Shown piece after piece: positions 1 to 13,509 of a DNA stretch of 64,000 bases. The position numbers were made by a program, and so were the translations under genes. Numbering within the stretch: position 1 is the stretch's first letter; every line of letters begins with the position of its first letter. Source of the stretch: Mustelus asterias. Lineage: Eukaryota. The notes below the pieces were generated by a model, which made no database searches, was not told the DNA's origin, and was given only the letters and a program-made list of their open reading frames with translations. The stretch spans positions 4,092,001-4,156,000 of the forward strand of contig NC_135813.1 in assembly GCF_964213995.1 (NCBI RefSeq). Reading direction: 5' to 3'.

Positions 1-365
1 CAAAGCAAAACATTTCATTCAAAGCAAACACACAAAGTCTTGGAAGAGTACAAGTTATGTCTTCTAAATGCTACACATTAATTTTTAAATTTTGCTTGGC
101 AGGAATCTACAACTCATACCTCCTAGAAATCTCACACTCTTTTGGGCATTTCGTAGTTTCCAAGTTACACAATCACCTTTGTAGCAAAACAAACTCAAAA
201 CGAATTGCTGCATCTGCAAGAGTTTTAATATGCTTAAAATTAAGGTTAAATTCAAACTTTGAAAGACCTTCCCTCCAAACCACATATTCTAAACTGATAT
301 TCCCATGCATTACAAAAGGGTTTGTTGGAGGTATCATACTTTGAAAATAGTGCTGCAGGTCTCAC

Positions 366-449
366 CCGCTTTTTCCATTGTAGAACTGGGTTTGTTCGAT
401 GGGTGGAGGTGGGGATAGGGCAAAGGGCTAGGAGTCAAAACTCAGCAGA
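366..449 (-). other. Probable exon 2 of an unidentified minus-strand gene (5'UTR plus start codon ATG GAA AAA GCG G)
   Basis: Minus strand reads cctctccctttcctag|TCTGCTGAG...TCTACAATGGAAAAAGCGG|gtgaga. It has a strong polypyrimidine acceptor, a GTGAGA donor and a strong-Kozak ATG (ACAATGG) at 378. An alternative acceptor gives an exon start at 427. Confidence 0.5.
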
Positions 450-769
450 CTAGGAAAGGGAGAGGTCCGTGCTGGGAATAGTGAAATGCTTGTCTGAAAC
501 AGGTCAGGTACAATAATGATGACAGTGAGCCTGGTTGCGGTTGACAGGCAACAGTTTGTTCTCCCAGTGCCTAAATGGGCTTCTTCCAGGTGCTCCAGTT
601 TCCTCCCACAGTTCAAAGGTAACCCATGTATAGGTTAGACAGATTAGCCATGGTAAACGCATGGAGTTAGGGGGAATGAGGGGTGGGCCGGGCCTGCGAT
701 GAGATGCTCTTTCAGAGAGTCAGTGATGACTTGATGGGTCGAATGGCCTCTTTCTGCACTGTACGAATT

Positions 770-2768
770 CATCAGTATTCACGCAGGAAAAAGACAATGT
801 TGTCGAGGAGAATACTGAGATACAAGCTATTGGACTAGACGGGAATTGAGGTTCATAAAGGAGGTGTTAGCAATTCTGGAAAGTGTGAAAATAGATAAGT
901 CCCCTGGGCCAGATGGGATTTATCCTAGGATTCTCTGGGAGGCTAGGGAGGAGATTACAGAGCCTTTGGCTTTGATCTTTATGTCGTCATTGTCTACAGG
1001 AATAGTGCCAGAAGACTGGAGGATAGCAAATGTTGTCCCCATGTTCAAGAAGGGGAGTAGAGACAAACCTGGTAATTATAGACCAGTGAGCCTTACTTCT
1101 GCTGTGGACAAAATTTTGGAAAGGATTATAAGAGATAGGATTTATAATAATCTAGAAAGAAATAATTTGATTAGGGATAGTCAACACGGTTTTGTGAAGG
1201 GTAGGTCGTGCCTCACAAACCTTATTGAGTTCTTTGAGAAGGTGACCAAAGAGGTGGATGAGGGTAAAGCAGTTGATGTGGTGTATATGGATTTCAGTAA
1301 AGCGTTTGATAAGGTTCCCCATGGTAAGCTATTGCAGAAGATACAGAGGCACGGGATTGAGGGTGATTTAGCGGTTTGAATCAGGAATTGGCTAGCTGTA
1401 AGAAGACAGAGGGTGGTGGTTGATGGGAAATGTTCATCCTGGAGTTCAGTTACTAATGATGTACCGCAAGGATGTGTTTTGGGGCCACTGCTGTTTGTCA
1501 TTTTTGTAAATGACCTGGATGAGGGCGTAGAAGGATGGGGTAGTAAATTTGCGGATGACACTAAAGTCGGTGGAGTTGTGGACAGTGCGGAAGGTTGTTG
1601 CAGGTTACAGAGGGGCATAGATAAGCTGCAGAGTTGGGCTGAGAGGTGGCAAATGGAGTTCAATGTGGAAAAGTGTGAGGTGATTCACTTTGGAAGGAGT
1701 AACAGGATTACAGAGTACTGGGCTAATGGTAAGATACTTGGTAGTGTGGACGAACGGAGAGATCTTGGTGTCCATGTGCATAGATCCCTGAAAGTTGGCA
1801 CCCAGGTTGATAGGGTTGTTAAGAAGGTGTACAGAGTGTTAGCTTTTATTGGTAGAGGGATTGAGTTTCAGAGCCAGGAAGCCATGTTGCAGCTGTACAA
1901 AACTCTGGTGCGGCCGCACTTGGGAGTATTGCATACAGTTCTGGTTGCCGCATTATAGGAAGGATGTGGAAGCATTGGAAAGGGTGCAGAGGAGATTTAT
2001 CAGGATGTTGCCTGGCATGGTGGGAAGGTCTTATGAGGAAAGGCTGAGGGCGGCACGGTAGCACAGTGGTTAGCACTGCTGCTTCACAGCTCCAGGGTCC
2101 CAGGTTCGATTCCCGGCTCGGGTCACTGTCTGTGTGGAGTTTGCACATTCTCCTCGTGTCTGCGTGGGTTTCCTCCGGGTGCTCCGGTTTCCTCCCACAG
2201 TCCAAAGATGTGCGGGTTAGGTTGATTGGCCAGGTTAAAAATTGTCCCTTAGAGTCCTGAGATGCGTGGATTGGCGGGTAAAATATGTGGGGGTAGGGCC
2301 TGGGTGGGATTGTGGTCGGTGTAGACTCGATGGGCCGAATGGCCTCCTTCTGCACTGTAGGGATTCTATGATTCTATGACTTAAGGCTGTTTTCGTTAGA
2401 GAGAAGGTTAAGAAGTGACTTAATTGAGGCATACAAGATGATCAGAGGATTAGACAGGGTGGATAGTGAGAGCCTTTTTCCTCGGATGGTGATAGCTAGC
2501 TCGAGGGGACATAGCTTTAAATTGAGGGGTGATAGATATAGGACAGATGTCAGAGGTAGGTTCTTCACTCAGAGAGTAGTAAGGGCGTGGAATGCCCTGC
2601 CTGCAACAGTAGTGGACTCGCCAACATTAAGGGCATTTAAATGGTCATTGGATAAACATATGGATGATACTGGAATAGTGTAGGTTAGATGGGCTTTAGA
2701 TTGGTTTCACTGGTCAGCGCAACATTGAGGGCCAAAGGGCCTGTACTGCGCTGTAATGTTCTATGTTC
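770..2768 (+). mobile_element. 5'-truncated CR1-clade LINE (HER1-like), degenerate RT, interrupted by an HE1 SINE
   Basis: ORFs 846-1379 and 1413-1958 contain KSPGPDGIYP, NYRPVSLTS, QHGF, DFSKAFDKVPH, VPQG.VLGPLLF and FADD. There is a premature stop and a frameshift, and the tail is gttctatgttc. Confidence 0.95.
2048..2379 (+). mobile_element. HE1-type tRNA-derived V-SINE, full length, nested in CR1
   Basis: GGGCGGCACGGTAGCACAGTGG head, B-box GGTTCGATTCCC, V-domain body, (ATTCTATG)n tail. Confidence 0.92.
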
Positions 2769-3169
2769 AATTAAAGCTCATTAGTGAATGGCCACAATTA
2801 CCGAGACTAGCTTTCAAACCCAGATTTATTGATTTAGATTCCACCAACAGCCATGTCGCCAGAGCATTAGCCTGAGCCTATGGATTATTAGTCTAGAGAG
2901 ATTTACCATTATGCTACCCTCTGAAATGGTCCAGCAAGCTACTTAGTACAAGGGCAGCAAATGCCAGCCTTGCCATATCCCACGAGAGAATAGAAGAAAA
3001 AAAACCAAGAGATACCTCAAGGCAGAAATGACTGGCCATTCATCTCATTGGCTGTGGGATCTTGCTGTGCACACAATGGCTGTCAGATTTCCCTACATAG
3101 CAACAATTACTATGCCCCTTAATTTGCTATTTCCATCAATTGTGAAGGGTTATTTTGGCGACATATTTC

Positions 3170-3560
3170 AGTGAAAGCCGCAGCGGGTTCTCCTCCCCTG
3201 TTGAAGCGGGCCCTGTGACGGTTCTTTACCCCGGCTGGGAAGCTCCATCCCCGGCTCCTTACCATGCGAAGCTCCAGCTGCCAGCGGCCGCTTCGGGCGG
3301 TTGCCTTGAGCTTGCAGCAGCCGCTCCCGACGTCACATCCGGACGCGCTTTCCTCCCTCACCATTGGCCCATTCGAATGCCCTCAACGGATCTTCCTCGG
3401 TTCCGATTGGCTGTTCCGCTCTGACCCTCCAGGCCACTCCCCCTCCCCGATTGTCAACCGCCGGGTCACGGGAGCGGCTGGGTTACCCTGGCAACCGAAC
3501 CTAATTCTCTGCTGGCTGGGCCCGCTCGGAATTCCCCCCCCAAACATCACCGAAGACGCT
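3170..3560 (-). promoter_or_regulatory. CpG-rich promoter and first exon of an unidentified minus-strand gene
   Basis: Locally high CpG density. The exon ends ...CGCATG|GTAAGG (ATG 3265-3263, donor 3262). Motifs: ETS/CRE-like CCGGATGTGACGTC 3342-3329, CCAAT boxes 3363-3367 and 3406-3410, X-box GTTACCCTGGCAAC 3482-3495. Confidence 0.75.
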
Positions 3561-3582
3561 TCCCTTTATTAGGTATTTTTTA

Positions 3583-4295
3583 ATAGAATCCCTACAGTGC
3601 AAAAGGAGACCATTCAGCCCATCGAGTGTGCACCGACTCCTCAACACAGCATCCTACCCAAGCCCTGTCCCTGTAACCCCATATATTTAGCCCACTAATC
3701 CCCCTAACGAGCATGTCTTTGGAGTGTGGGAGGAAACCCACGCAGACATGGGGAGAATGCCCTCCGAAAGAGCATCTTTAACCAGACCCTCCCCTATCCC
3801 CAAAACCCTGCGCATTTGTCATGGCTAATCCCCCAATCTATATATCTTTGGACACTAGTTTACAGGAGTTTATGCATCACGAGTAGGCTTAACACTGCAA
3901 TGACGTTACTGTTGTCACACTCAGGCGCCTGTTCGGGTACACTGAGGGAGAATTTAGCATAGCCATTGCACCTAACCAGGACATCTTTTGAACTGTGGGA
4001 AGGAACCAGAGCACCCCAAGAAACCCACGTAGACACGGGGAGAACGTGCAGACTCCACACATACGGTGACTAAGGGGCAATTTAGCATGGCCAATCTAGC
4101 TAATCTACACATCTTTGGAAAAAAAGGGGCAATTTAGCATATAGACAATCCACCTATCCTACACTGTGGGAGGAAACCGGAGGAAACCCATGCAGACACA
4201 GGGAGAACGTGCAAACGCCCCAAAATCACCCAAGGGCGGAATTGACCCCGGGTCCCTGGCGCTGTGAAGCAGCAGTGCTAACCACTGTGCCTCCC
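3583..4295 (-). mobile_element. Cluster of nested partial HE1/V-SINE copies
   Basis: Repeated reverse-complement HE1 segments (gaaacccacgcagacacggggagaa, ggggcaatttagcatgg, cagcagtgctaaccactgtgc). Confidence 0.85.
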
Positions 4296-4659
4296 AGGTA
4301 TAGAATATAAAGAGCAGGGAGGTTATTCTAGAACTGTATAAAACACCAGTTAAATTCAAAAATTGAGTACTGTGTACAGCCCTGGTCACATTATTATCAC
4401 ACTCAAAAGGGTACAGAGATTTATGAGTCTGTGTGTGTACCTGACCTCAGTACTAATTTTGCATTTTACTGATATGAACCCTTGCTCTACTATTGCAGTT
4501 TAGTGTGGGGTATTGTTCAGGATATTTTTCCTATCAATAACAACTCATACTTATGTGTATCTTTAAGGTAGTAAAAACACCCCAAGCACTTCAGGGAAGC
4601 ATTAACAAAATTTGACACCAGGTCGCACAAGAAGATATTAAGATAGGTGACCTAAAACA

Positions 4660-5475
4660 TACAAATTAGGAGTAGTTGGCCATTCGACCCCTCCAGCCTG
4701 CCCCACCATGCAACAAACTCATGGCTGATCTGATTGTGGCCTCAACACAACTTTCCTGCCTTTCCTCTTTGAATCTCTAGTTAATCAAGAATCTATCTAC
4801 CGACGTCTTAAAAATATTCAATGACCCAGCCACCACTGCTCTCTGGAGAAGAGAGTTTCATAGGCTAACAGCCCTCAGAGAAAACAAATTCTCATCTCCT
4901 TAAATGGGGGGGGATCCCTCATTTTTAAACTGTGTCCCCTAATTCTGGTCTCTCCCACACATTGAAACATCTCTCAGCATCCACTCTGTCAAGCCCCCTC
5001 AGGATCCTATATGTTTCAATGAGATTACCTCTCATTCTACAAGACGTAGGAGCAGAAATAGGCCATTCGGCCCATTGAATCTGTTTTGCCATTCAGTGAG
5101 ATCATGGCTGATCGAGTGATGATCTTCAACTCCACTTTCACGCCTTATCTCCATAAACCTTGATTCCCCTACTGTCCATCTCAGCTTTGAACATACTTCA
5201 CAACCCAGACTCTACAGCCCTCTGTGGTACAGAATTCCACAGATTCACTACCCCGAGAGAAGAAATGCCTCCTCATCCCTGTTTTAAATGGGTGACCCCT
5301 TACTCTGCCCTTTGGTCCTAAGTTCTCCCACAAGGTGAAGCAACCTCTCAGCATCTACCCTGTCAAGCCCCTGAGAATCCTATATGTCTCCACAAGGTCA
5401 CCCTTCATCCTCTAAATTCCAATAAGTCCAGGCCCAACTTACTCAATCCTTCCTCATAAAATAATCCCTTCATCC
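4660..5475 (-). mobile_element. Two CR1 3'-end fragments in tandem/nested
   Basis: Reverse complement of CR1 3'UTR and ORF2 end (ggccattcggccc..., cagattcactaccc..gagagaagaaat). Confidence 0.75.
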
Positions 5476-6069
5476 CAGGAAGTATGATCAGAAAAGGTAG
5501 GTTTTGATGAAGATGTTAAAGGATGAAGTGGTAGAGAGGCATAGAGTTTCAAGGAGGGAATTCCAGAGTTTAGGGTGTAGACAGCTGAAGACATGACTGT
5601 CAAAGGTGGAGATGTAAGAGGTCAGAAATGGAGAGTGCAGAAATATCGGAGGGTTGCAGGGCTTACTTCTCTAAATGGTCAACGCCTTTCAGGGATGAAG
5701 ATCCCATGTTTCTCCAGTCTTTCCTCACAACCTAGACCTAGGAATGAGTCTTACGACCCATCTGTGCACTCCTTCTGCTTCTTAAATGTCCTCCTTGTGT
5801 CTCACAGATGAGAATTAGACACATTATTCAAGACGTGTAGCCTGACAGGAACACTATATTGTGCAATTGCTACCAGTATTTGTTCTCATCTTGTACTCTA
5901 CTGCGGAGGATATATCTATTTGCTTTGTTCTCTACTGTTCCACAATGATGGAATATGTTTACCACAATTGCTTCAGCATCTTTATGGAGCAATTATACAG
6001 CATTCAAGATTGTCCCATGAATCTTCCCTTGGTTTCTCCAAATGGTCATTGCTTGAATAAATTAAAAGC

Positions 6070-6475
6070 TTGCACTTATATAGCATCTTCATTACCTCGG
6101 AATGTCCCAAAGTGTTTCACAGCCATTACTACTGGAGTATAGGCACCATCGCAATGTAGGAAACGTTACAGTGATTTACACACAAGCTCCTGCAAACAGC
6201 AATGTGAGGGTGACCATTTTTTTTTTTAAGTGCTGTTGATCAAAGGATAGATTTTGGCCCAGAGGGTGTATGATCTTTTACTTCCCCCTGAGAATGCAGG
6301 TGAGGCCTCAGTTTAACATTACATCTGAAGAATGGCACCTCCAACAGTGCAGCACTCCTGCAGTACTGAACCTGAGTATCAGCCTAAATTTGTGTGCTCA
6401 AGTGTCTGGAATGGGAAATGAACCCACATCGTTCAGGCTCAGAGACGAGTGCTATCCACTGAGGCACGGCTGACA
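6070..6475 (-). mobile_element. Deu-domain SINE (SacSINE1/AmnSINE1-like) with L2-type tail
   Basis: cctcagtttaacat...ggcacctccaacagtgcagcactcc..cagtactg matches the reverse complement of the Deu core. The tail is ttgcacttatatagc. Similar copies occur at ~7750-7990, 20860-21110 and 28085-28260. Confidence 0.7.
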
Positions 6476-6891
6476 CAATTTAATTATAGATACATGAATT
6501 GGCAGGGAATAGAGGGATACGGGCCATGTAGAAGCAAAAGATCTTTAGTTTGGAAAGGCGTCATGTGTCGACGCAAGCTTGGTGGGTCAAAGGGCCTATT
6601 CCTGTGCTGTACTTTGTTCTTATGCAGGCACCCAAACCACACTTTACCTGATTCTCACTTCGTGTCCACATTTCAACATGGTTCAGGAGGGGTTGACTGG
6701 TTGACAGTGTTCATTATGGGCCCCAATTGTTGCACCCCAGGTACTACTACCCTATCAGGTAGTCAGGATAAGACTGAGAATTGTTATTGGTCTGTAATGC
6801 AGCACTTACCCTGTTGTTAAAAACTCCATTAATCATTGTCTTCTGCAATCCAACAATAATCTAGTTACAGTTAATAAAATTCATAATACAT

Positions 6892-6897
6892 TTTATT
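6892..6897 (-). terminator. Candidate distal polyadenylation signal of PTGES2
   Basis: AATAAA on the minus strand in AT-rich UTR-like sequence ~1.9 kb after the stop codon; a more proximal one lies near 8260. Confidence 0.4.
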
Positions 6898-7375
6898 AAA
6901 TACTTACACACAATATCCAGCTATACACTTGTAGCCAGGGATCACCCTCTACCATTAAGACCTCGCCAAGATTTCACTCACCCCTGTGAAAAAGGTACAT
7001 TTAGGAGAAAAAAAAATGGTCTCGAACACACCCTGTAAGATTCTAAAGTACCTGCTTATCCCCTCAACAGAAACTCATTACTACTTGCCACAAAGAGGTG
7101 ATGACAGCGCAGCTTCAGCAAAAGAAATCCACCCAAAAATGTTATATCAAGGGAGAGAGGGAAGCAGAGGAGAAAAACAGGAGGAAGACATCATAAATCT
7201 ATTAAAATTGTCAATTGGAAGAATGTTACCTTCCGTGTAACTCTTTAATTCAATCTCACTCAGATACAATAGAAATTAATCCATCTTGCATCTAGCCCGT
7301 GGTCTATCACACTTTACTACAGATCCAAACCTACTGATTTTCCTAAACTTGATAACCTTGTCTTTCCCAGAGCGT

Positions 7376-7658
7376 GCACAGCAAAAAGTCTCACAACACC
7401 AGGTTAAGGTCCAACAGGATTATTTGGAATCACGAGCTTTCGGGGCGCTGCTCCTTCATCAGGTGAGATAATCTGTAATTATCTTGCAATTGTGTCTTTG
7501 CCTATATATACCGTGTTTGTGGACCTACCTCCACTCACCTGATGAAGGAGCAGCACTCCGAAAGCTCGTGATTCCAAATAAACCTGTTGGACTTTAACCT
7601 GGTGTTGTGAGACTTCTTGCTGTGCCCACCCCAGTCCAACGCCGGCATCTCCACATCA
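7376..7658. mobile_element. Penelope-like element terminal repeat in fold-back arrangement
   Basis: 92-bp inverted arms at 7376-7467 and 7534-7625, each containing a hammerhead motif and an AATAAA-like sequence. Confidence 0.8.
7535..7571 (+). ncRNA. Minimal type-I hammerhead ribozyme motif (mirror copy on minus strand 7430-7466)
   Basis: TCAC-CTGATGA-A-GGAG-cagca-CTCC-GAAA-GC-TC-GTGA: stem I TCAC/GTGA, intact core, stem II, palindromic AGCT in place of stem III, CUC cleavage triplet. Confidence 0.7.
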
Positions 7659-8788
7659 TTTCCTTGGGTGTGACAGCCAGTGTTTACAAACAGCTGCCAA
7701 TAAGACCTTCCTCTGTATTTTTCCTCCAGCTAACCTCAGGAAGAGAGAGTGACTTGCATAGCACTTTTTAGATCTTCAGGGACATTCCAAAGCACTATAT
7801 AGCCAAGGAAGGACTTTTGAAACACAGTTATTGTTGCAATATAGGAAGTCCGATAGCCAATTTACACACAAGCTCTCACAAGCAGCAAGGTGAAAATGAC
7901 TAGGATTTTCTGTCCTTAGTGTTGTTGGCCGGGGAATAAATGCTGGCCTGGCTATTGGAAGAACTTCCCTGCTCTTAAATTAATGTTTCAGGTGTAACCC
8001 TTTAAAAGAACTGAAAAACAAACAGCATTTAAATCGAAACATAGCAAAGGGAAGTGAAAAAGAGTAATGGACATTCTACCATTCATGTGCTTATGTGTAT
8101 TTCTCTCTTCCCTGTTTTGTTCTTATTCAAATGTTGTTCAATTTTACCAGTTCAGATTAAGGGTTTTACCCGAATCATCAATGTGTCTGTTGTCTCCATA
8201 GAGACTGAATCTTTTTGCATTACCAGCACAGCTTGTGTTTCTTTGAGATTTCTAGTTTTTATTTCGCAACTTACTTCAATGCTCACAAACATTGCACTGT
8301 TAAATTTATAGACTTTATAGCTTTTTAAGAAGCTTACTTTTTAATTCCTGTGAGTTTTTACTTTGTGCCTTTTTCAGTTGCATTCACACTTAGCAGTTTT
8401 GTGCCAAGCTGTTTTGCTTTTGCCCTGACAGCAATGCTAAACCGTATGCATAAATCCACTAATAACCTTGAACTGAGTTTCAAGCAAAGCAGAGTGAGAT
8501 GCTGCCATCTATCAGTTTCTTTCAAGTATCAGGCCAGTCCCCAATTTGGGATTTAGACAGCATTTAAAGTCTGAATGTAGCACTGCACCAAATCTTTCTG
8601 TTGTGATGGAAAAGCACCCTTGAGTAACTGATGATGAGTGTTGCATGGTTGCAGTTTTTAAAGCATAGTTTGTTTTCTCCATACAGATCTCACTCTGTAA
8701 ACATCTGGTCTTGTCTGTCCGAAGCCATTAATAGAAGAGAAATGCAACAGGAATTTCACATGATTTTCTCAATGGCTCCTGCAGCAAT

Positions 8789-8935
<147 letters not shown>

Positions 8936-9681
8936 TCAAAAGAGAAGTGGCATTACAAGAGACAGACTTATAGAACTGAGATGTTATAACAATCAGGAAA
9001 GCTTAACAGACGGAGGGATGATGCTGATAGAGGTATTTAAGAGTATGAGTTTTTAAAATTCATTCATGGGATGTGAGGGTCGCTGGCTAAGCCTGCATTT
9101 AATGCCCATCTCTAATTGCCCTCGAGAAGGTGGTGGTGAGTCACTTTCTTGAACGACTGCTGTCCCTGTGTTGTAGGTACACCCACTGTGCTGTTAGGGA
9201 GGAGGTTCCAGGACTTTGACACAGAGACAATAATAGGATAGATGTGGAGATGTTGTTGTTTTCACTTGCAGGTGACACCAGAATCAGGGCACATAAATAC
9301 AAGATAGTCACTAATAAATCAGGACAAATTTCTTTATCCAGCAAGTGATTAAAATGTGGAACTCGCTAACACTTAGTTTGAGGTGATGGTGCATTTAAGG
9401 GGAAGCTAGAAAAACCCGTGAGGGAGAAAGAAATAGAAAGATATGCTGATAGGGTGAGATGAAGAGATGTGAAACATAAAAACAGGCATAGATCAGTTGG
9501 GTTGAATGTCTGTTTCTGTGCCACAAGTAGAAACATATCTCTACGTCCTTAAAGACCTCAATCAGATCACCCCTCAGCCTTCTCTCTTTTAGACAATTGA
9601 GCTCCAAACTGTTCAATCTTTCCTAATAGTTATAACCCCCCCCCAATTCTAATACCTGGGTAAATCCGAAGAGAACCCTCA

Positions 9682-9852
<171 letters not shown>

Positions 9853-10410
9853 TCAGAAGACACAGCACAGGAGGTCCAAAAGGATGAGAGGGTAAGAGCT
9901 TAAGTCCAGACAACAACTGCTTGACTGCTTGAAGCGGTGAAAAGAATGGTTAGAAAGACCAGTGCACGTGGCATTTCCCATCGCTCACGTTCCAATTCCC
10001 TTTTTTAAAAAATCCAAATAATCTGATGTTTCTCTCAAATCCAAATCATGTGTCTTGGGGGGCCAATGGCTGGATCCAAAGGGATAGTTTTTTTTCCCCT
10101 CGGCAATGGGTGTTGAGGGAAGGAGATGGTTTTGGAAGTATGAAATCGGGGATTTTACGTTTGCGGCTCAAATAGCCTGCCAATATCCAATTAGCTATTG
10201 AGTCCCGATTACAAAGGTAGAACCAGATCTGCCTTTATAGAAAGGGACCTACAGCATCAGGTGAGCATCCTTAGTGCCTCCAGTTTAAAGTTTTAATCAG
10301 TGACTTCAGAGCAAGAAATCAGCCACTTTAACTTCTCCACTTTAACTGCCGTCCAGCCCAGTTTCCCCAAGGAGGTACAGTTAAATCCCTCAGATTTTGA
10401 ACTACACAGA

Positions 10411-11560
10411 AACCATAGCAACATAGAAAACATAGAAAATAGGTGCAGGAGTAGGCCATGCAGCCCTTTGAGCCTGCACCACCATTCAATATGATCATGC
10501 ACTTTCAGCATCCCATTCCCGTTTTCTCTCCATACCCCTTGATCCCTTTAGCCACAAGGGCCACGTCCAGCTCCCTCCTGAACATATTTAACAATCTGGC
10601 CCCAACAGCTTTCTGCAGTAGAGAATTCCACAGGTTCCCAACTCTAAGTGAAGAAGTTCTTCCTCATCTCAGTCCCGAATGGCTTATCCCTTATTCTTAG
10701 ACTGTGACCCCTAATTCTGGACTTTCCCAATATTGGGAACATTTTCCCACATCTAGCTGTCTAGTCCCATTAGGATTTTATATGTTTCTATGAGATTCCC
10801 CCCTCATTCTTCTAAATTCCAGTGAGGACAAGCCCAGTCGATCCAGTCTCTCTTCATATGTCAGTCCTGCCATTCCAGGAATCAGTCTGGTGAACCTTCG
10901 CTAGACACCAAATAGCAAGACTAGGAGACCAAAACTGCACACAATACTCAAGGTGTGGCCTCACCAAGGTCTTGTATAACTGCAGCAAGACATCTTTGCT
11001 CCTGTGCTCAAATCCTCTTGCTACGGAGGCCAGCATGCCATTAGCTTTCCTCTCCGCCTGCTGTACCTGCATGCCAACCTTCAGCCATTGTTCCACCATG
11101 ACACCCAGGCCATGTTGCACTTCTCCTTTTCCTTAACTGCCACCATTCAGATAATAATCTTCCTTCCTGTTTGTGCCACCAAAGTGGATAATCTCACATT
11201 TATCCACATTATATTGCATTTGCTAAGTATTTGCCCACACAACCAGCATGTCCAAGTCACCTTACAGCCTCTTAGCATCCTCCTCACAGCACACACTGCC
11301 ACCCAGTTTAGTGTTGCCTGCAAATTTGGAGATATTGCATTCAATTCCTTCGTCCAAATCGTTCATGTGTGTTGTGAATGGCTGGGTCCCAGCACTGAAC
11401 CCTGTGGTACCCCACTGCCTGCCACTCTGAAAAAGACCCGTTTATTCCCACTCTCTGCTTCCTGTCTGCCAACCAGTTCCCTATCCACATCAATACATTA
11501 CCCCCAATATCATGGCCTTTAATTTTGCTCACTAATCTCTTGTGTGGGACCTTGTCACAT
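10411..11560 (-). mobile_element. CR1 LINE 3' portion, degenerate RT
   Basis: Minus ORFs WIGNWLADRKQRVGING and LQLYKTLVRPHLEYCVQFWSP; (CATAGAAA)n tail at 10411-10440. Confidence 0.9.
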
Positions 11561-11715
11561 CCCCATTATTTTTTGTCCTTTTTCAATTACTTACAGTCCT
11601 TTGCAACAATTCACCATCTGAGAGAATGGACCCATTTAAAATTCTCAGTATTTTTCACTCCCTACTTTTGCACTCTGAAATCAATGGTTCAGAGGTAGTA
11701 ATTTAGGTCAGCGAA

Positions 11716-12195
11716 GTCATAGAATCTTACAGTGCAACAGGAGGCCATTTGGCCCATCATGCCAACCTTTGAAAGAGCTATCCAACTGGTCCCATTCTCC
11801 CTGCTCTTTCCCATAACCTTAAAGTTTTCTTCTCTTTCAGTATTTATCCAATTCCCATTTGAAAGTTCCTATTGAATTTGTTTCCACATCCCTTTCAAAC
11901 ATCATGTTCCCAATCACAACGACTCACTGCATTAAATGAACTTCTCATCTCCCCCTTTCTACCAGTTATCTTAAATCTCTGGTTAGTGACCCTTCTGCTA
12001 TTGGAAACAATCTTTCCTTATTTACTCTCTCAAAAATCTGAATGTTTTTGAGCATTTCTCCCCCTAATGTTTTCTGCTTGAAGGAGAACAGTCCCAGCTT
12101 CTCCAGTGTCTCCAAGTAATTGAAATCCCACATGCCAGCTACTATTCTTGTAAATCTCCTCTGCACCCTCTCGATGGCCTTGATATCCTTCAGTC
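11716..12195 (-). mobile_element. Older CR1 3' fragment
   Basis: ORF 11966-12166 QRRFTRIVAGM..YLETLEKLGLFS; catagaatc tail. Confidence 0.75.
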
Positions 12196-12230
12196 CAGTC
12201 CTGGTTCCATCTCTGGTGGGCTATCTCTCA

Positions 12231-13215
<985 letters not shown>

Positions 13216-13356
13216 ACACTGGCAGATCCTTTCCACCTACCAGGACTGCACAGGACGTTAGACATTACAGAAATCTGCCCAAATTAGAACAGCCTGTTTT
13301 CCTGATGTTATTTGTAAAAAATATGATTTTTTTAAGTATGTTTCAGGTTTACGTAC

Positions 13357-13509
13357 TTCCTGGCCTCCTTGTTGGGGTAATACTGCCTTTCATCCTGGTC
13401 CTCCAGCATCACCCAGTACTTGTTGTTATATTCAAACACATCCTTCCCCTTCTCATCTTTAGATTTCATCTCTGGATAGTATGATAACACCCGTGTCAGG
13501 TCTTTGTGC
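13357..13509 (-). CDS. PTGES2: PTGES2 coding exon 4
   Basis: tttcag|(R)HKDLTRVLSYYPEMKSKDEKGKDVFEYNNKYWVMLEDQDERQYYPNKEAR(K)|gtacgt; 153 bp. Confidence 0.95.

Noticed and set aside
2048-2125. tRNA-like A/B boxes here and in many other places
   Set aside because: These are SINE heads followed by V-domain bodies, not tRNA genes
3263-3265. Assigning the left-hand gene as DPM2 (ATG-only first exon) or AK1 on synteny grounds
   Set aside because: The candidate second exon does not match either protein as I recall it, so the evidence is insufficient to name the gene
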